A stretch of 64,000 nt of DNA from assembly GCF_018350175.1 (NCBI RefSeq), contig NC_058368.1, positions 145,888,001 to 145,952,000 on the forward strand. The letters are read 5' to 3'. Shown one piece after another: positions 12,997-25,990 of the stretch. The stretch comes from Felis catus. Its lineage: Eukaryota. The position numbers and the translations under genes are program-made. Position 1 is the first letter of the stretch. Each line of letters begins with the position of its first letter. The notes beneath the pieces are model-generated. The model saw only the letters and a program-made list of their open reading frames with translations, did not search any database and was not told the origin of the DNA.

Positions 12997-13183
12997 AAGG
13001 AAGATATATTTTCAAAATGCATAAATAAATGAAGAGGCATGCCATATTCATGAATCAGAAGAAAATAAGTTTCAGTTATCAGTTCTCCTCAAATTGATAT
13101 ATAAACTCAAGGTATTCCAATAAAAACTTCAGCACCTTTCTTTGCATGTGAAGTTGACAAGCTGTTTCTAAAATGGAGTTGGA

Positions 13184-13400
13184 GGGGCTCCTGGGTGGCT
13201 CAGTCAGTTGAGCATCCGACTTCAGCTGAGGTCATGATCTTGAGGTTCGTGTGTTTAAGCCCCACGTTGGGTTCTGTACTGATAGCTCAGAGCCTGGAGC
13301 CTGCTTTGGATTCTGTGTCTCCCTCTCTCTCTGCCCCTCCCCCACATATGTTTTCTCTCTCTCTCTCTCCCCACCCACCTTCTCTGTCTCAAAAAAAATA
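13184..13400 (+). mobile_element. CAN-SINE (SINEC)
   Basis: ggggctcctgggtggctcagtcagtt head, CT tract, short A tail; no clean TSD. Confidence 0.93.
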
Positions 13401-13896
13401 TCAAGGTCAAAACCAAGATAGGCCGAGGAAATGGAAGTATGGGTTAAAGAAGACAAAGAAGAAATGATAGTAAAATACAAGTTTTGATCTTGGATTGGAC
13501 TTTGGGTCAGAAAAAAATAGCTATGAAAGACATTATTGGCAAAATAGTAGCTATTAAGTACCTATAAACAAATGGTATTATAGGCACAATTTGTAAATAG
13601 ACTATGACTTACATAATAGAATTATATAAGTGTTAAATTTACTGATTTTGATAACTTCATTGTGGTTAATTAAGAGAATAGCCTTGCTCTTAGAAAATAC
13701 ACACTGAAGTATCAAGAAAAAGGAGCATGATGTTTTCAACTTACTACCAAATGATTTAGAAACAGCATAAACATACACAGAATCATAAAGCTGTATAAAT
13801 ACATAGCTTTAGTGTGTCTGGATAAGGGATACATTGAATTCTTTGTAATAGTCATATAACTACTGTATGCTTTAAATTATATCAACATAAACTGTA

Positions 13897-13937
<41 letters not shown>
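13897..13937. repeat. (AAT)13 microsatellite at the L1 tail
   Basis: direct reading. Confidence 0.97.
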
Positions 13938-13938
<1 letters not shown>

Positions 13939-13999
13939 CTGGTTTGAAAAGGTCTGGGTTTCTTTTTAGTTTCATCTTTCATTCTCTTAGTAATCTGAC

Positions 14000-14995
14000 A
14001 GCCATTCATTGAAAATTTGCCATGTGTCAGGAATGGTTCTAAGCTCAGTCAGCTCTATCGAAATAGAGCTTAATATATGGTTTCTGATATCAGGAAATTC
14101 ACTACCTAATAAATATGGATCTGGGATAAATGATGTAGCAGAGTTGGTTCAGGATACCATGTAAGACCGGAGAGGCCCTGCATATGCAGATTTTGGATGC
14201 TCCAAGGGGATGACCTTTGAGCTGTGCTTGGAAGGTGGAGTGGGAGTTAACCAGATACAGAGGCTTCCAGGCAGAAGATGTACCAGATAAAAGGAATGAG
14301 GGCATATAAGGACACCTCATGTTCAGGAAATGCAGGTTGGTTTGTTAAGAATGGTCAGGTAGAGGTCAGCAAAAGGGAGGTGAGATAGGAGCCTAGAGAG
14401 TGGCCAGGGTCAATTTATGAGAATTTTCACTGCCAAGTTAAAGATCTTTTCTCTGTATCCTGAATGTGGCATTTTGGAAAAGTATTCAAGTGGAGATGTT
14501 CTTTAACACAAAAGAGTCTGTGTCTCAGGAGGGCAATGTTGGGTTGGAAACAGGCATTTGAAAGATGTCAAAGTGCAGTGGTTGTTGAAGCCATGGATGT
14601 GGGAGGCTCACCAAGAGAGGGGAAGGTGGGACACAAGGAGGATAGGATAGAGACACATCCCTAGGATCATCTATCTTTATAAGACACCAAGAAGGAAAGG
14701 ATACAAACTTAGAAAAGGGGGCCAGGGGCGCCTGGGTGGCGCAGTCGGTTAAGCGTCCGACTTCAGCCAGGTCACGATCTCGCGCTCTGTGAGTTCGAGC
14801 CCTGCGTCAGGCTCTGGGCTGATGGCTCGGAGCCTGGAGCCTGTTTCCGATTCTGTGTCTCCTTCTCTCTCTGCCCCTCCCCCATTCATGCTCTGTCTCT
14901 CTCTGTCCCAAAAATAAATAAACATTGAAAAAAAAAAAAAAGAAAAGGGGGCCAAAAGTTGGAGGAAAACCAGGAGAAAATGAGGTGGCAGGCAC
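14000..14995 (-). mobile_element. L2 fragment interrupted by a SINE
   Basis: cattcattgaaaatttgccatgtgtcagg (reversed 3' end), then purine-rich L2 body (gtggttgttgaagccatggatgtgg). Confidence 0.7.
14725..14940 (+). mobile_element. Young SINEC_Fc
   Basis: CpG-intact head ggggcgcctgggtggcgcagtcggttaagcgtccgacttcagccaggtcacg; perfect 14-bp TSD agaaaagggggcca. Confidence 0.97.
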
Positions 14996-16259
14996 CAATA
15001 AAAAAGGGGCTTTGAAAAACAAAATCCTACAAAGTTTAATATTAACACTTTCATCCTGAGATGAAAAATCTCATATATAATATCTAAATTGAAAATTCAG
15101 TTTCTCAGTCATCTGCATATTCCTTGCACTGGCATTTGCTGAACTATCGGATAAACAGCTTAGCTACCATACTCCTCTGTTTATAGATCTTCATCAGGAA
15201 AAATAAGGAACTGTACTAGCTGATTTCTGAAGACTTTTCTGCTTTGACTCCCTTTGATATTATAGATGCTTGCTCAGGATTCAGAGCTCAGATTTGTCTG
15301 TGTTTATAGACAACAAAGTTAAATGTGTTTCATCTATACTACGACGTGGCAGGAACTGCAGCTGGTTATGACTTATTTCCAAAGAGAGCAGAGGCAAGAC
15401 TTTGGAAACATATTTCAAATAATTCTAACAGTCTGCAGTCATGTGAAACTTTTAAGAGTTTAAAGCAACAGAAGAAATAGGACTGCTATTTGTTAGGCCT
15501 GCTCAACCACATGGCTTCATTTACATCGTTACATTGGGCTGTGATGTGGGACTGAGGTTAAAAGTTTAGTCTTCAGACAAAACAGGTGATTCAAATGTCG
15601 TCATAGTGGAGGTCTTGGCCAGATACTTGCACATGGACCATTTCTGGTTTTTACAAGAAAACTGGTTGTTCATCGACTTGAAAATGTTTGTACACACATG
15701 TCATTTGTGTGTTTTTCCTGAATCAGTTTTGTTCAGCGAAGAACTAGAGAACGTGTACTTTGTGGAAACACAATGCTGAACACTGCTGAGGAATAGAACA
15801 ATAGAAATGACACAGCCCCAGGCTGCAAGAAGCTTACCATCTAACAAGGGTGGACAGACATGTCTGTGGGTGTGCTCTTTATAGAAAAGTGGAATCGATG
15901 CTATGGTCTGTCCCATTACAGACACAAACGACACACCAGATCTCTAGACTTGAGTTGTAACAGCAGAGGCCCTTTGAAAGTACGAGATAGTATGCATTTG
16001 AGCCTGGATATCCACTAAAATATTAATTAGATGTGATACAAATTTACATGAAGTCTGAGACTTAAGGCAGAATAATATTTCATCTTCCTGTGCCCTCCTT
16101 CCCAAGGGAAGGAAGAAGAAGCTTCCAGAAGAATAAGGTAATTGCGTTGTACATTGTGACTCTAATATTTTGATAAACATTGTTTGGAACCTTCTTTATA
16201 AACGGCTGTTTATGTTGTTTATATGTAAAGGAGGGCTCTGTAAAAGCAAGACGTGTATT

Positions 16260-16610
16260 TAACAACTACTTAAATAGCACTTACTTTGTGACAGACACTG
16301 TTCTAAGTTATTTACAAATACTAACTCAATGCTTTTTAAACATTTTTAAGTTTATTTATTTATTTTGAGAGAGAGAGAAGGGCAGAGAGACAGGGAGGGA
16401 GAGAATCTCAAGCAGGCTCCACACCACCAGTGTGGAGTCCTGTGTGGGGCTTGAACTCATGAACTGTAAGTCAATAAAGAGATGCTTAACCGACTGAGCC
16501 ACCCAGGCACCCCTCAATGCTTCTAGTAAACATGTAAAGCCTTATTATTCCCATTTTGCAGATACAAATTTGAGGCACAGAAAGGTTAAGTAATTTTGCT
16601 GCAGTTGCAT
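16260..16610 (-). mobile_element. MIR interrupted by a SINE
   Basis: agcacttactttgtgacagacactgttctaag ... ttattattcccattttgcagatacaaatttgaggcacagaaaggttaagtaatttt. Confidence 0.8.
16335..16513 (-). mobile_element. CAN-SINE (older subfamily, internal deletion)
   Basis: reverse head ending ccacccaggcacccc; TSD tcaatgctt. Confidence 0.92.
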
Positions 16611-18279
16611 TTATGTTATTTTATTTTGTTGAAAGTTCTCAGAGGTAAAAATGGCCTAAAATACTGTTATAAAGGAAAGTGCAGCTCCTGACAAAGGACA
16701 TTACAGATAAGTTCAGTCTCCAGGCTCAGCACGTTGATGCCATCATCCATGCTTCTCTCTCTCAACTTTCTGTGTACTCTTTAGAACCCATTGCTTATTC
16801 CTTAGAACATCCCTCATAGTTACTGCTCTTAGAGCAGGGCTCTGGGACGCACATCTCAGGGACTTTATGCTTTGGACTGACTTCCTCTAAGCATGTCTAA
16901 GTCCATCTCTGGTTCCTGGAGTTGGCTGGGTCTATTAGTATCATTTCGGAAGGTGTCTCATACCCAGGATAGGTATGGTGTGGCCCGTTTCCCCCTCCAG
17001 GGCACTCTCCATCGTTCACTGATGAAGGACAGACCAGGCCACTCTTGCGCTCTCTCCAGTCTAATTACAGATCACCTTTCCAACTGTGTCTCGCAGCTTG
17101 TCGTGTTACCACAAATTACATCTATAACAAAACTGAACTTTGGGCTGTTCTTCAACATGGCTGTCCTTTTCTCATCTCACATTTGCTTTTAATCTTCCTG
17201 CCCCACTTCTGTCTCACCCATTTCTCTCCACCAGAGTTATACCCAATCTCGACGGTTTCACGTGTCTCCATTTCCCCAAGCCTTAAGTCAGATGTCATAT
17301 CTCCTTTTCATTTCCTATCCTTATTTATAAGGCTGTACCTCTTTTGTCAGCACCCCCCAGCTCCGTCCCTTAGAAGCTGACTTAAATGGCGTGGAGACTG
17401 AGAGACTTGGCCAGGGTTAGGGTTCATATGAGTCAAATACTTGATTGTATTGGCAAAAACATATTTTTACTGCTGCCAACCATTGGCACTTAGATGATTA
17501 CTTTTATTAAAGATAATCATAGACATTAAGGAGAATATGAAGCTGTGCTCTTAGTAAAAGCTGATAACAGGAATAAGCTTGCAATTCTCAAGATGAAAAG
17601 CCCAAATGTTATTGTGAATCAGAGCTAAGAACAAAAACAGTCTAAACCAAGATAGTCTAGAAATCTTATTAAATGACATGCATCTACAAAGACATTTTTT
17701 TCTTTTGGAAAAGAATAGAGTCAGAGGAAAGCAGATTTCTATTTACTGCCTTTGTTGTCTTAAAAAAGCAGATTCTGCCAAAACTACAGCAGTCATGCAG
17801 ATCTTGGCATCTGCGATCTCTAACAGGTTTCAGATTTCAGAAAATGACTTGAAAATCACATGTCAGCAAACTAAGGGGGTAAAGGGAAATGCTGATAGGG
17901 AACAAGTGAGTTTTATGTGCCCTTAAAATTCTCAGAAAAAAATATGCAAAATGCTAATCAGAAAGCCTTCAATCCTTCATCTTCTTTTTATGACAGTGAT
18001 TAAGCCCCTAGTATCTTTCAGAGACTTAGGCAAAGAAAACCAGCAGGAAAATCAGCACAGCGAATGGCAAACATGTCCTGGGTACGGATTAGACTGAGAA
18101 CCAGTGTCACCGCGAACATGGTATTTGGGTAACACTGTCTCTTGATTGGTAAACTTAGATTTGTTATATTTTTAGTCTAAAACACATTGCAACACAGATG
18201 TGCATATGAATGCATAGATGTAATCAGAACAGGCAGTTTGGTGATGAAAGATTAAATACCTCTGATTTCATCTTAGTCT

Positions 18280-18415
18280 AGCCCAAACCTATTACAGATG
18301 AGCAAAAGAAGTCTCCATAATAGTAAAGTGACGTGTTCAAGTTAACAGTCTAGCTGGTGACAGGATCACAATTAGAATCAGGTCTCTTATTTCCTAGTGT
18401 TCTGTCCACTACTTC
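18280..18415 (-). mobile_element. MIR fragment
   Basis: attacagatgagcaaaagaagtct...aagtgacgtgttcaagttaacagtctagctggtgacag...attagaatcaggtctc. Confidence 0.65.
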
Positions 18416-20500
18416 ACATTTGCTCTCCATTCAGCTTAAAACATGTTTTTAGAGCCTACATGTCTGTGGTTATCTTACTGTCAGGGATGAACAATTTGAA
18501 AATAGATCAAAGATCAAAGTTGTATTTACACTTCCATTGTGAAGGAACCCAAATTTATGGCTTAAGGAAGCCCTTACAGCACCAATGAATCACGGAGTCT
18601 GTGATAGAGGACTCAGGGGCTGGAATGCCATTTGGTTCATTGTTAGCCTAACTGAACTGCTAACTATGACAACAGAAATATAAATAGGAGGATATTTTTG
18701 TGTTTTGTAGGTTTAGAATGTTTCTGTGTGTGTATAATTTATATGTAAAAAGAATATTTGCTTTATTTTTTTTATCTGTGAAGGTCAGGACCGGTATTTC
18801 CTGAAATTGGTACTGATTAAGGGTGCCTAGAAACAAACTGTTACTACTTAGCTAAATATCTCTGGGGCATGAACTAAGGGGCTGTGGAAAGAGCAAGGAC
18901 GTACAGGCCAGATTGTAATTAATCAGGAAATTTGAGTTTTTCAGGTAAATATGTACATGGTGGCTTGAATTATTTTTAAGAAAGCAATTCAACATTGCAG
19001 TTATTTGTTTGAAATAATTTTGAAATTGATGTGTAACAAAGCTTTCAAACCTACGCAAGTCCACCAATTCCAAGAATTAGACTTTCTCTTAAAAAACAAA
19101 GGAGTGTTTATGTGGTTGAGTATAAACTGCAGATTTTTTAAAAATTATCCCCTAAAGCACTTTAGTTTCTAACTCTAAAGCAGAATTCGAGGAAGGATAC
19201 AAAACAGGGAACACAGAGATGTTTCTTTACTGCAAACACGGACCTTGGAGTCCAGCATAGGATCTATACCTCTGCAAACTCACTTTCAGAAGGGCCAGCC
19301 CATGACAAAGTGTTTTGTTATATAGATAGCCCAGGTTGTCCCTCAGACATTAGCTCACACTAGTAACAGTTCTCAGACCAAATATCTCCATTTCAGAAGC
19401 TTCTCCTAATACACTCATTTCTGAAGTCAGAGAGCTGCCTTTTCATTTATTTGCATCCCGGTTCTCCTGAAATAGTAGCAAATGGCACAAACCATGGTCA
19501 AGGCTGTCCATTGACTTAAAGCAGGTATAGGTTCAAGAAGGTGGGGCTTTGTATGTATTTCTCTTGAAAACTAGGTTAGAAATGTGACCTAATGCTAGAA
19601 GAATCCATAGCTCCCAAAGAGGAGAGCTGTGAAAATCTGGTGCTGGTGACTGGCAAGTTGCCATGCTGACAGAATTGCACAATTGGCTTCCAAGATGCGT
19701 CTCTCTAGTTTATTTTAGGAACCAGTAAGCAACACTAGAGGGCAGACTAACCTAGACTTTTTTTTTCTCTTCCAGTGAGCGTTTAATCCTTTGTGTTTGA
19801 CATGATGCATTATACAAATGGGGTCGTACAAGTGATTAAAATTGTGGCAGTATTTCATTATCATTCATGGAGATTGTGCCTCAGATGGAATTGCCTTATT
19901 TAACTTTGGACTTAGGGCGTTTAATATCTTAAATGTTTAATTTAGATAAAATTTAAGGACAATAAAAACAACAAAAAGCTTGTGAAAATACTGGATGGCA
20001 TATGATTATTGCAATCTGTGTTCATGGAAAACATGTATCACTATGAGAAGGTGGTAATGTCCAGGTACATACAGAAACCTTTTCCAAAGGAGCAGAAAAT
20101 TTTGAGACATCATCACAATAAGATACATTGGATTCATAATGCCAGTTCATGCCTAATACAGTGTTCTGTAAATTCTCATTTCTTAAACTATGAAATCTCA
20201 TTCCTTTCTTCCTTTGGGCAAGTATGAAACACTCTAAAGACCAAGAAGATAAACTACATGGTGTGAATTGTCCCTGAAATAGACTCAGCATTATTCTGGC
20301 TGAAATGGTCCTATACCACCTCAGAATCTTCAGCCCTTTTAGTAATTTTCAGATGTGGTGGAGACAGATGCAGAATTTTTGGACTAGTCATTGAGTGTGG
20401 CTGTAATGACAAAACTGGTTGATTGACACAACTGTTCACTAGTCAATCCATTATTTTGCCCAACTAATAGGTGTAAGGAATGAATATTTTTCATAGCCAG

Positions 20501-20995
20501 AGTGTCAGGGTTGTCCAGAGAAGCAGAACCAATAGGATATATATACGATTTATTATAAGGAGAAATGACTCCACTGATTATATGGGCTAAGAAGTCCCAA
20601 GGTCTGCAGTCAGCAAGCTGGAGACCTAGGAGAGCCGATGATACAGTTCTAGCTTGAGTCTGAAGGCTTGAGAAACAAGAAAGCCAATGATACAAGTTTC
20701 AGTCTAATCCTAAGTCTGAAGGCAGGAGAAAACCAATGTCCCAACTTACAGACAGTTAAGGGAGAGGGAAAGAAAACTCTCCCTTATTCAGTGTTTTTGT
20801 CCCATTCAGCCTTCAATGGAATGGATGAGGTGAGGCACGCCTGTATTGAGAAGGTGATCTACTTTATTCAATCTACTCATCCAAATGTTACTCTCATCCA
20901 GAAACATTCTCAACAGATGTACACAGAATAATGTCTAGCCAAATATCTGGGCACCTTTTGCCCAGTCAAGTTAATACATAAAATGAACCATCACA
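20501..20995 (-). mobile_element. Solo LTR, MLT2 family (ERVL)
   Basis: gtcagggttgtccagagaagcagaaccaatagga ... ccaaatatctgggcacc..cccagtcaagttaatacataaaatgaaccatcaca; 5-bp TSD gccag / gctag. Confidence 0.9.
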
Positions 20996-21139
20996 GCTAG
21001 TCTCCTGTGTTGTATTTATCTCACTCTTCAGAGACATAAAGTGCCTTCATAAACATTCTGGGTTTTTTGTTCCTTACTACCAACCTGTGATCTAGGCAGG
21101 GCATGCTGTCATTAACACATGGTTATTTATCACAGGCGG

Positions 21140-21275
21140 TTACTGTGATTATAAGTAATTAAGACTCTGATCTTCATGTCTCTTGCAGATTATGAAAATG
21201 AGGCTTAGAGAGATTTTGTAACTTAACAAACATACGGTTTGTATCAGGTCTTCCAACTCTTAGTCCTTGACTCTT
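21140..21275 (-). mobile_element. MIR fragment
   Basis: ttgcagattatgaaaatgaggcttagagagattttgtaactt. Confidence 0.55.
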
Positions 21276-23674
21276 TTCACTACATTTCACATTTATTTCA
21301 AAGTCAAAACAACAGCTACAACAACAACCAATCTCTAAAAGATGCATACTCTGACAAAGAAAATCTCCTTGGCTAAATTTGTCCGTTATAATGTGTGTTG
21401 AGTCCCTATAATAAGCTTGGCACATTAGAGTAAATGTAACGTGAACTCAGTGGTGGTAGAGATTAAAATGGTCAAGAAATAAATGGAATAAGTATGTCAG
21501 CATAATTAAGAATCATGGATCTACAGGAACTGCTCCTGCCTGAGGACTTCTTCTCCACTAAAGACTCAGATTTGTCAGATTCCCTTTTGTTACTTTTCCC
21601 AGACAGCATTTCCTTCCCCAGATAAAACATTCTTGGGACACATAGCACATTTTGTTTATCAGATGCTTCCATTTGGTGACCAGAGCCAGGAGGGCACTGT
21701 AAGGGTTTAGCCTCCCAATGATAGCAGAGATCTAAAAGGGGGCAAAGAGCACAGAGAGGAGAAAGGATTACTGAACCAAATTTTCATTATCTTGATTTTC
21801 ATGATTATAGAGCAGCCATCAAGACAAGATCTTAACTTATCAAATGATGAAACTTCTTTCTATACTTGTGAGAGTTCAGTAGAGTTATAGTGTACTTAGA
21901 GATAAAACCTAAAGTTACAATGTATGGCTAAAATCACACACAGACAAAATCACTGTTGAAAATCTTAAATCACCCTTGAAATATGGTGTACAGGGTTTTG
22001 CAATCCTGTTGAAAATAATTTGTATGTGTACATGACTAATCCATAGTATATAATAAAAATGCATATGCAAAAATTTTTGAAGGCTGTTTTACACAAAAAT
22101 ACATATATTAAAACACTAGAACCACACTCAGCATGGCATGATGCTCATACTTTGTGGGTCCTGTCAACTGAGGCTAGCTCAGGGTCTCATGTACCACTTT
22201 CTCTCATTCTGTGGCTTACGCGTATTAAATGGAATAGCAAATTTGAGTTGCATGGTAATTTTTTTCTTTTAATTTTTAATTTTGGCTTAATTTCAGACTT
22301 AATGAAAAATTGCAAGAATAGTACAGAGAATTCCCTATGGTTAACATTTTAAACACATTCGCTTCATTTTTCTCTCTTTCATGTATTTTTACAGTAGGTT
22401 TTCAAAAATTGTTCTCCCTCCTTTGTGTGTATATTATTAAATCAACTGTATTGTAAGTGTGCTGGTGATGCACATTCACTCGAATTGCATCTCAGACACA
22501 TTATGACAGTGATTTAATCAGTGTTGCTGGTATGCATTAGGAGCTGATAAAAATGGATAAATGAGAGATGAGTGAAATAAAGATGTCCAAAATGTTGACC
22601 TGGCCAAGCAATCTAAGTCCTAGTAGTATAGTAAAGAATACAAAGAGAGACAGTTAGCTCTTGGTAAGAATGCTGTTTGGACTGAATTACGAAAATCATC
22701 ACTAAGCCAGAATAAAGTCTGCCTTTTTGTAATTTGCATTACTAATGAGCTATTACACGTTCCTGTTTTTTTTTTTTAACATACAGATGCGAGTGACATG
22801 TATGAGCTCATAAATAATTCAAAGATCCACTGTGAGTTCTCACCTCTGATTTCTATTGTTCCTTAGCAAAGGAGGATGGCTTTCTATTACTGTGGGAGCT
22901 GGAAGAATTGTCACCCTGCAATATTATTGTTATTAACATTATTGCAGGTGATTATTGTGATTACAAGTGATTATTCTTACAAGTAATTATTAAGATTCTG
23001 AATTATCTGGTCTTCAGACATCAAGATACAACTCATGCATTTGAAAACATAACTCACTGCCTCTTAATGTCTGTTAGCCCGTGAGGCTGGTCAGTAAATT
23101 ACTACCTGATGGTGCTATCTTTGACTATCTTTGTGTTCTTTTACAAGCTTAACAATTAAATGATACTTTCCTAAACAATTCGCTTCAGATAATAAAAAAT
23201 GTTAAAATACAGTAAGTAATACCCAAAGAAGACAGACCCCAATGAATAAGTAAATTAAAGTTTATTGCTCCTTTAGATATAATACTTTGTCAGCTGGTTG
23301 CCTTATGGTTTTAATGATATATTTGCAGTATGGTTTTCAAATCTGTGTACATGTAACTAATCTCCATGACTTCCTTTGTTTGTAGAACACTTTGTTTTAT
23401 TTTAGTTAGCACATCTTACCCCTTACCCCCAAACAATGAGAAAAAAAAATGGAATGCTCATTGATTGTTCTGAAGCTTAGAGAGAAACCAGCATTTCAAA
23501 TGAGAGCCTAGGGAATGTTGAGGAACACCAGCTGCTTGCTCTTACCTATTATGTAACATGGACTTTCGACATGTAAGTAATGGAACTGCACTACCACTTA
23601 TGAATAGAATAAAATGCCTACTGTGGATATAGTACAGTGCTGGTCATTTTGGAAAGAGGTTTAAGGCAGTCTGA

Positions 23675-24340
23675 GAGCAGGGAGACAGAGGACATGGGTC
23701 TGAGCCATAGATTGGCCATTCACTAGTTGTGTGACCTTGGGCAAATACTCTAGGAGTAAGGTGATAAAGAATCCCAGCTTTAATGCAACACTTACTGGAG
23801 GCAAGAATTTATCAAAAGTCATGCCATTTAATCCATACAATAGCCCCAGAGACAGATGTTATTAGCCATATACTATCCTTGGAGAAACTGAGTCTCAGAG
23901 ATGTTGAGTAACCAGTCAAATTCAAAGACCTAGGCAAATGGAGGAGGGTGGGCTGATGTAATGGTTAAGGCTATGGGTTCTGAATCAGTCAGGTGGAGGT
24001 TCAAATCCTCTATCTTGGCTCTCTCTCACTTACTGGCTATGTGTCATCGGGAAATTTATTTAATAATCTTTATTTTTCCTGTTTCTAAATTGGACATATC
24101 ATTATACTCCTGTCTCATAGGATTGTTGTAAGGTGTGATTAAGATATTTCTGGCAGCTGCTTATATCAGTACCTGAAGTATTTAATATAATAAAGTGTTT
24201 AATTCTTTATATTATTATTTTATGACAGAACTGGAGTTTTTTAACCTCAAAAGCCTACAGATAACAATAATGACTCTTCTCTTGTATCATAAAATTATTG
24301 TGGAGCTGGTCAAATAATGTGAGGAAAGCATCTTGTAAAT
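23675..24340. mobile_element. Cluster of three to four MIR fragments on both strands
   Basis: cactagttgtgtgaccttgggcaaat (+); ggagaaactgagtctcagagatgttgagtaacc (-); ggttcaaatcct...cacttactggctatgtg...tctcataggattgttgtaagg (+). Confidence 0.75.
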
Positions 24341-25707
24341 GGATGTGTGTGTACATCTTTGTGATTACTCTCTTTCTTCTGAGTATGTCGGGTCTCCAAA
24401 TGTTAGCTTCTGAAAAGCAGGAGTGATGTTTTCGTTTTTTCTGGACCCCGTGTTTCTAATTCTGATCTCTGAAAACATAAAGTGCGCAATAAACCCTAAA
24501 TCAGTAACTCTCATAGTCATATATCTTGAATTAGAAATTATTTTTATTTTGTATTTATTATTTTTGATGGAAAACTGTATAATCCTATTTGTCTAATATA
24601 GAAGAAGGGTATTATTGAGACAGAATGCTATTCGAGTCCAGCAATCACACTTTTATTATATTATAAATCTCCCTCTTCCACATGTCTTAAATATTGTTCA
24701 CAGCAACAGAAATCATTGTAAAGGGGCATGTTACTATTTTTAATACCCACAGGTGTTTCATTCTTAAACTCCTTTTTTGCCCATATTAATTGCTACCCTT
24801 ACCCAGTACTGAAATAAATGCATATTAATTTTTAGTGTTGTTTATTTTATTTCTGCAGGTGTGTATTAATTTTGAAGTCCAGTTAAGCCTGTCTAGACCT
24901 TAAATGCCACCAGATCTCTTAAACACACATTTATTTTTTATTGTTTTTGTTACATTCTTTATGATCAGAATTAATGAATGTAGTTTTTATAAAGCTTATT
25001 ACTTACCCTGAAGACTGGATTTGAACGTGCTGTTCTGGTCTGGTGAGTAAATGGAGATTTAATTACAGATATTTAATTGCTTATTATGAACTTGATGGAC
25101 TGGAACTGAATAAGCCCTTCTTCTCCGTTTTGCATCTTTAAATGCGCTACACAAACTCATCCTGTCTAGCTGCCGTTCTATATAACTTTACCAACTTATG
25201 AGTCCTCACTAGCTGGGATTTGACGTAAATGTGTGTATGTTGGACAGTAATACAGGGACAGTCTCTGTTTTTTTTTAAAATATGTGAAGGAGGAATATTT
25301 TATTTTAAAACAGAAATCAAGGTTGACCTTGAAAGAAATGAATTCATGAGTTTAAGAGGAAGATGGATCATTTTGGAGAAAATATAATAGGAATTTTGAA
25401 ATTAGAAAGCACACGCAAAAACTCAAGTAAAATGAAATTCTAATATCTAACTGTATTTATTTTTGTGACAAGGCAAAAAACAAAATGGGATACCATGGAA
25501 TAGAGGAATTTTAGTGTCAGCAGAACATAGTGATGAACTGTAACAGTGATTGATTAAAATTCCATTACAGTTCCCTTTTACATTATTATTTTTTGGTGCA
25601 GTGTAATAGAAAAGCCATATTTAATACAGATTTAATAAACTAAATTTTAGTCAAAAAATTTTTTTTGCACTACAAACATATTTATCCTGCATTTTAAAAT
25701 AAACCTA

Positions 25708-25990
25708 GGGGCACCGAGGTGGCTCATTCGGTTAAGCGTCTGACTCTATCTCAGCTCAGGTCTTGATCTCAGGGTAGTGAGTTCAAGCCCTGAACTGGGC
25801 TCCACGCTGGGTGTGGCACCTGGGTGGCTCAATTGGTTAAGTGTCCCACTCTTGATTTTAGCTCAGGTTATGATCTTAGAGTTACTGAGATTCTGACAGC
25901 ATGGAGCCTGCTTGGAAATCTCTCTGTCCCTCTTCTCTGCCCCTCCCTCACTTGTGCTCTATCAAAGTAAATAAATAAACTTAAAAAAAA
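25708..25990 (+). mobile_element. Fused double CAN-SINE (tail-less head joined to a second SINE)
   Basis: first head 25708-25814 runs directly into second head ggcacctgggtggctc at 25815; one A tail. Confidence 0.88.

Larger units (their letters stand above)
9330..13900 (+). mobile_element. Highly degraded old LINE-1 (L1M, L1MC4-like 3' end): ORF1 end, ORF2 remnants, 3' UTR; interrupted by seven SINEs
   Basis: caacctagaattctatacc...tcaaaaatgaaggcaaaataaagac (ORF1); EYTLFSKTHGTFIKVD-like peptide in ORF 10184-10396 and gatgcagaa..atttgacaaa (ORF2); 3' UTR tgttaaatttactgattttgataac...cttagaaaatacacactgaagta. Confidence 0.85.

Noticed and set aside
15540..15780. Open frames on both strands in unique-looking sequence
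   Set aside because: No consistent splice-site pair, unrecognised peptides, and the 3' part runs into an L2-like remnant.
17678..17926. 82-aa ORF with a donor-like CAA|GTGAGT
   Set aside because: Weak A-rich acceptor and unrecognised peptide.
19745..19900. Strong acceptor-like tttttctcttccag
   Set aside because: Stops in all three frames within 30 nt and no good donor; could still be non-coding.
24845..25050. Plus-strand acceptor (ttctgcag) and donor (TG|GTGAGT) pair
   Set aside because: Enclosed sequence is AT-rich with multiple stops; the minus-strand reading is more coherent.
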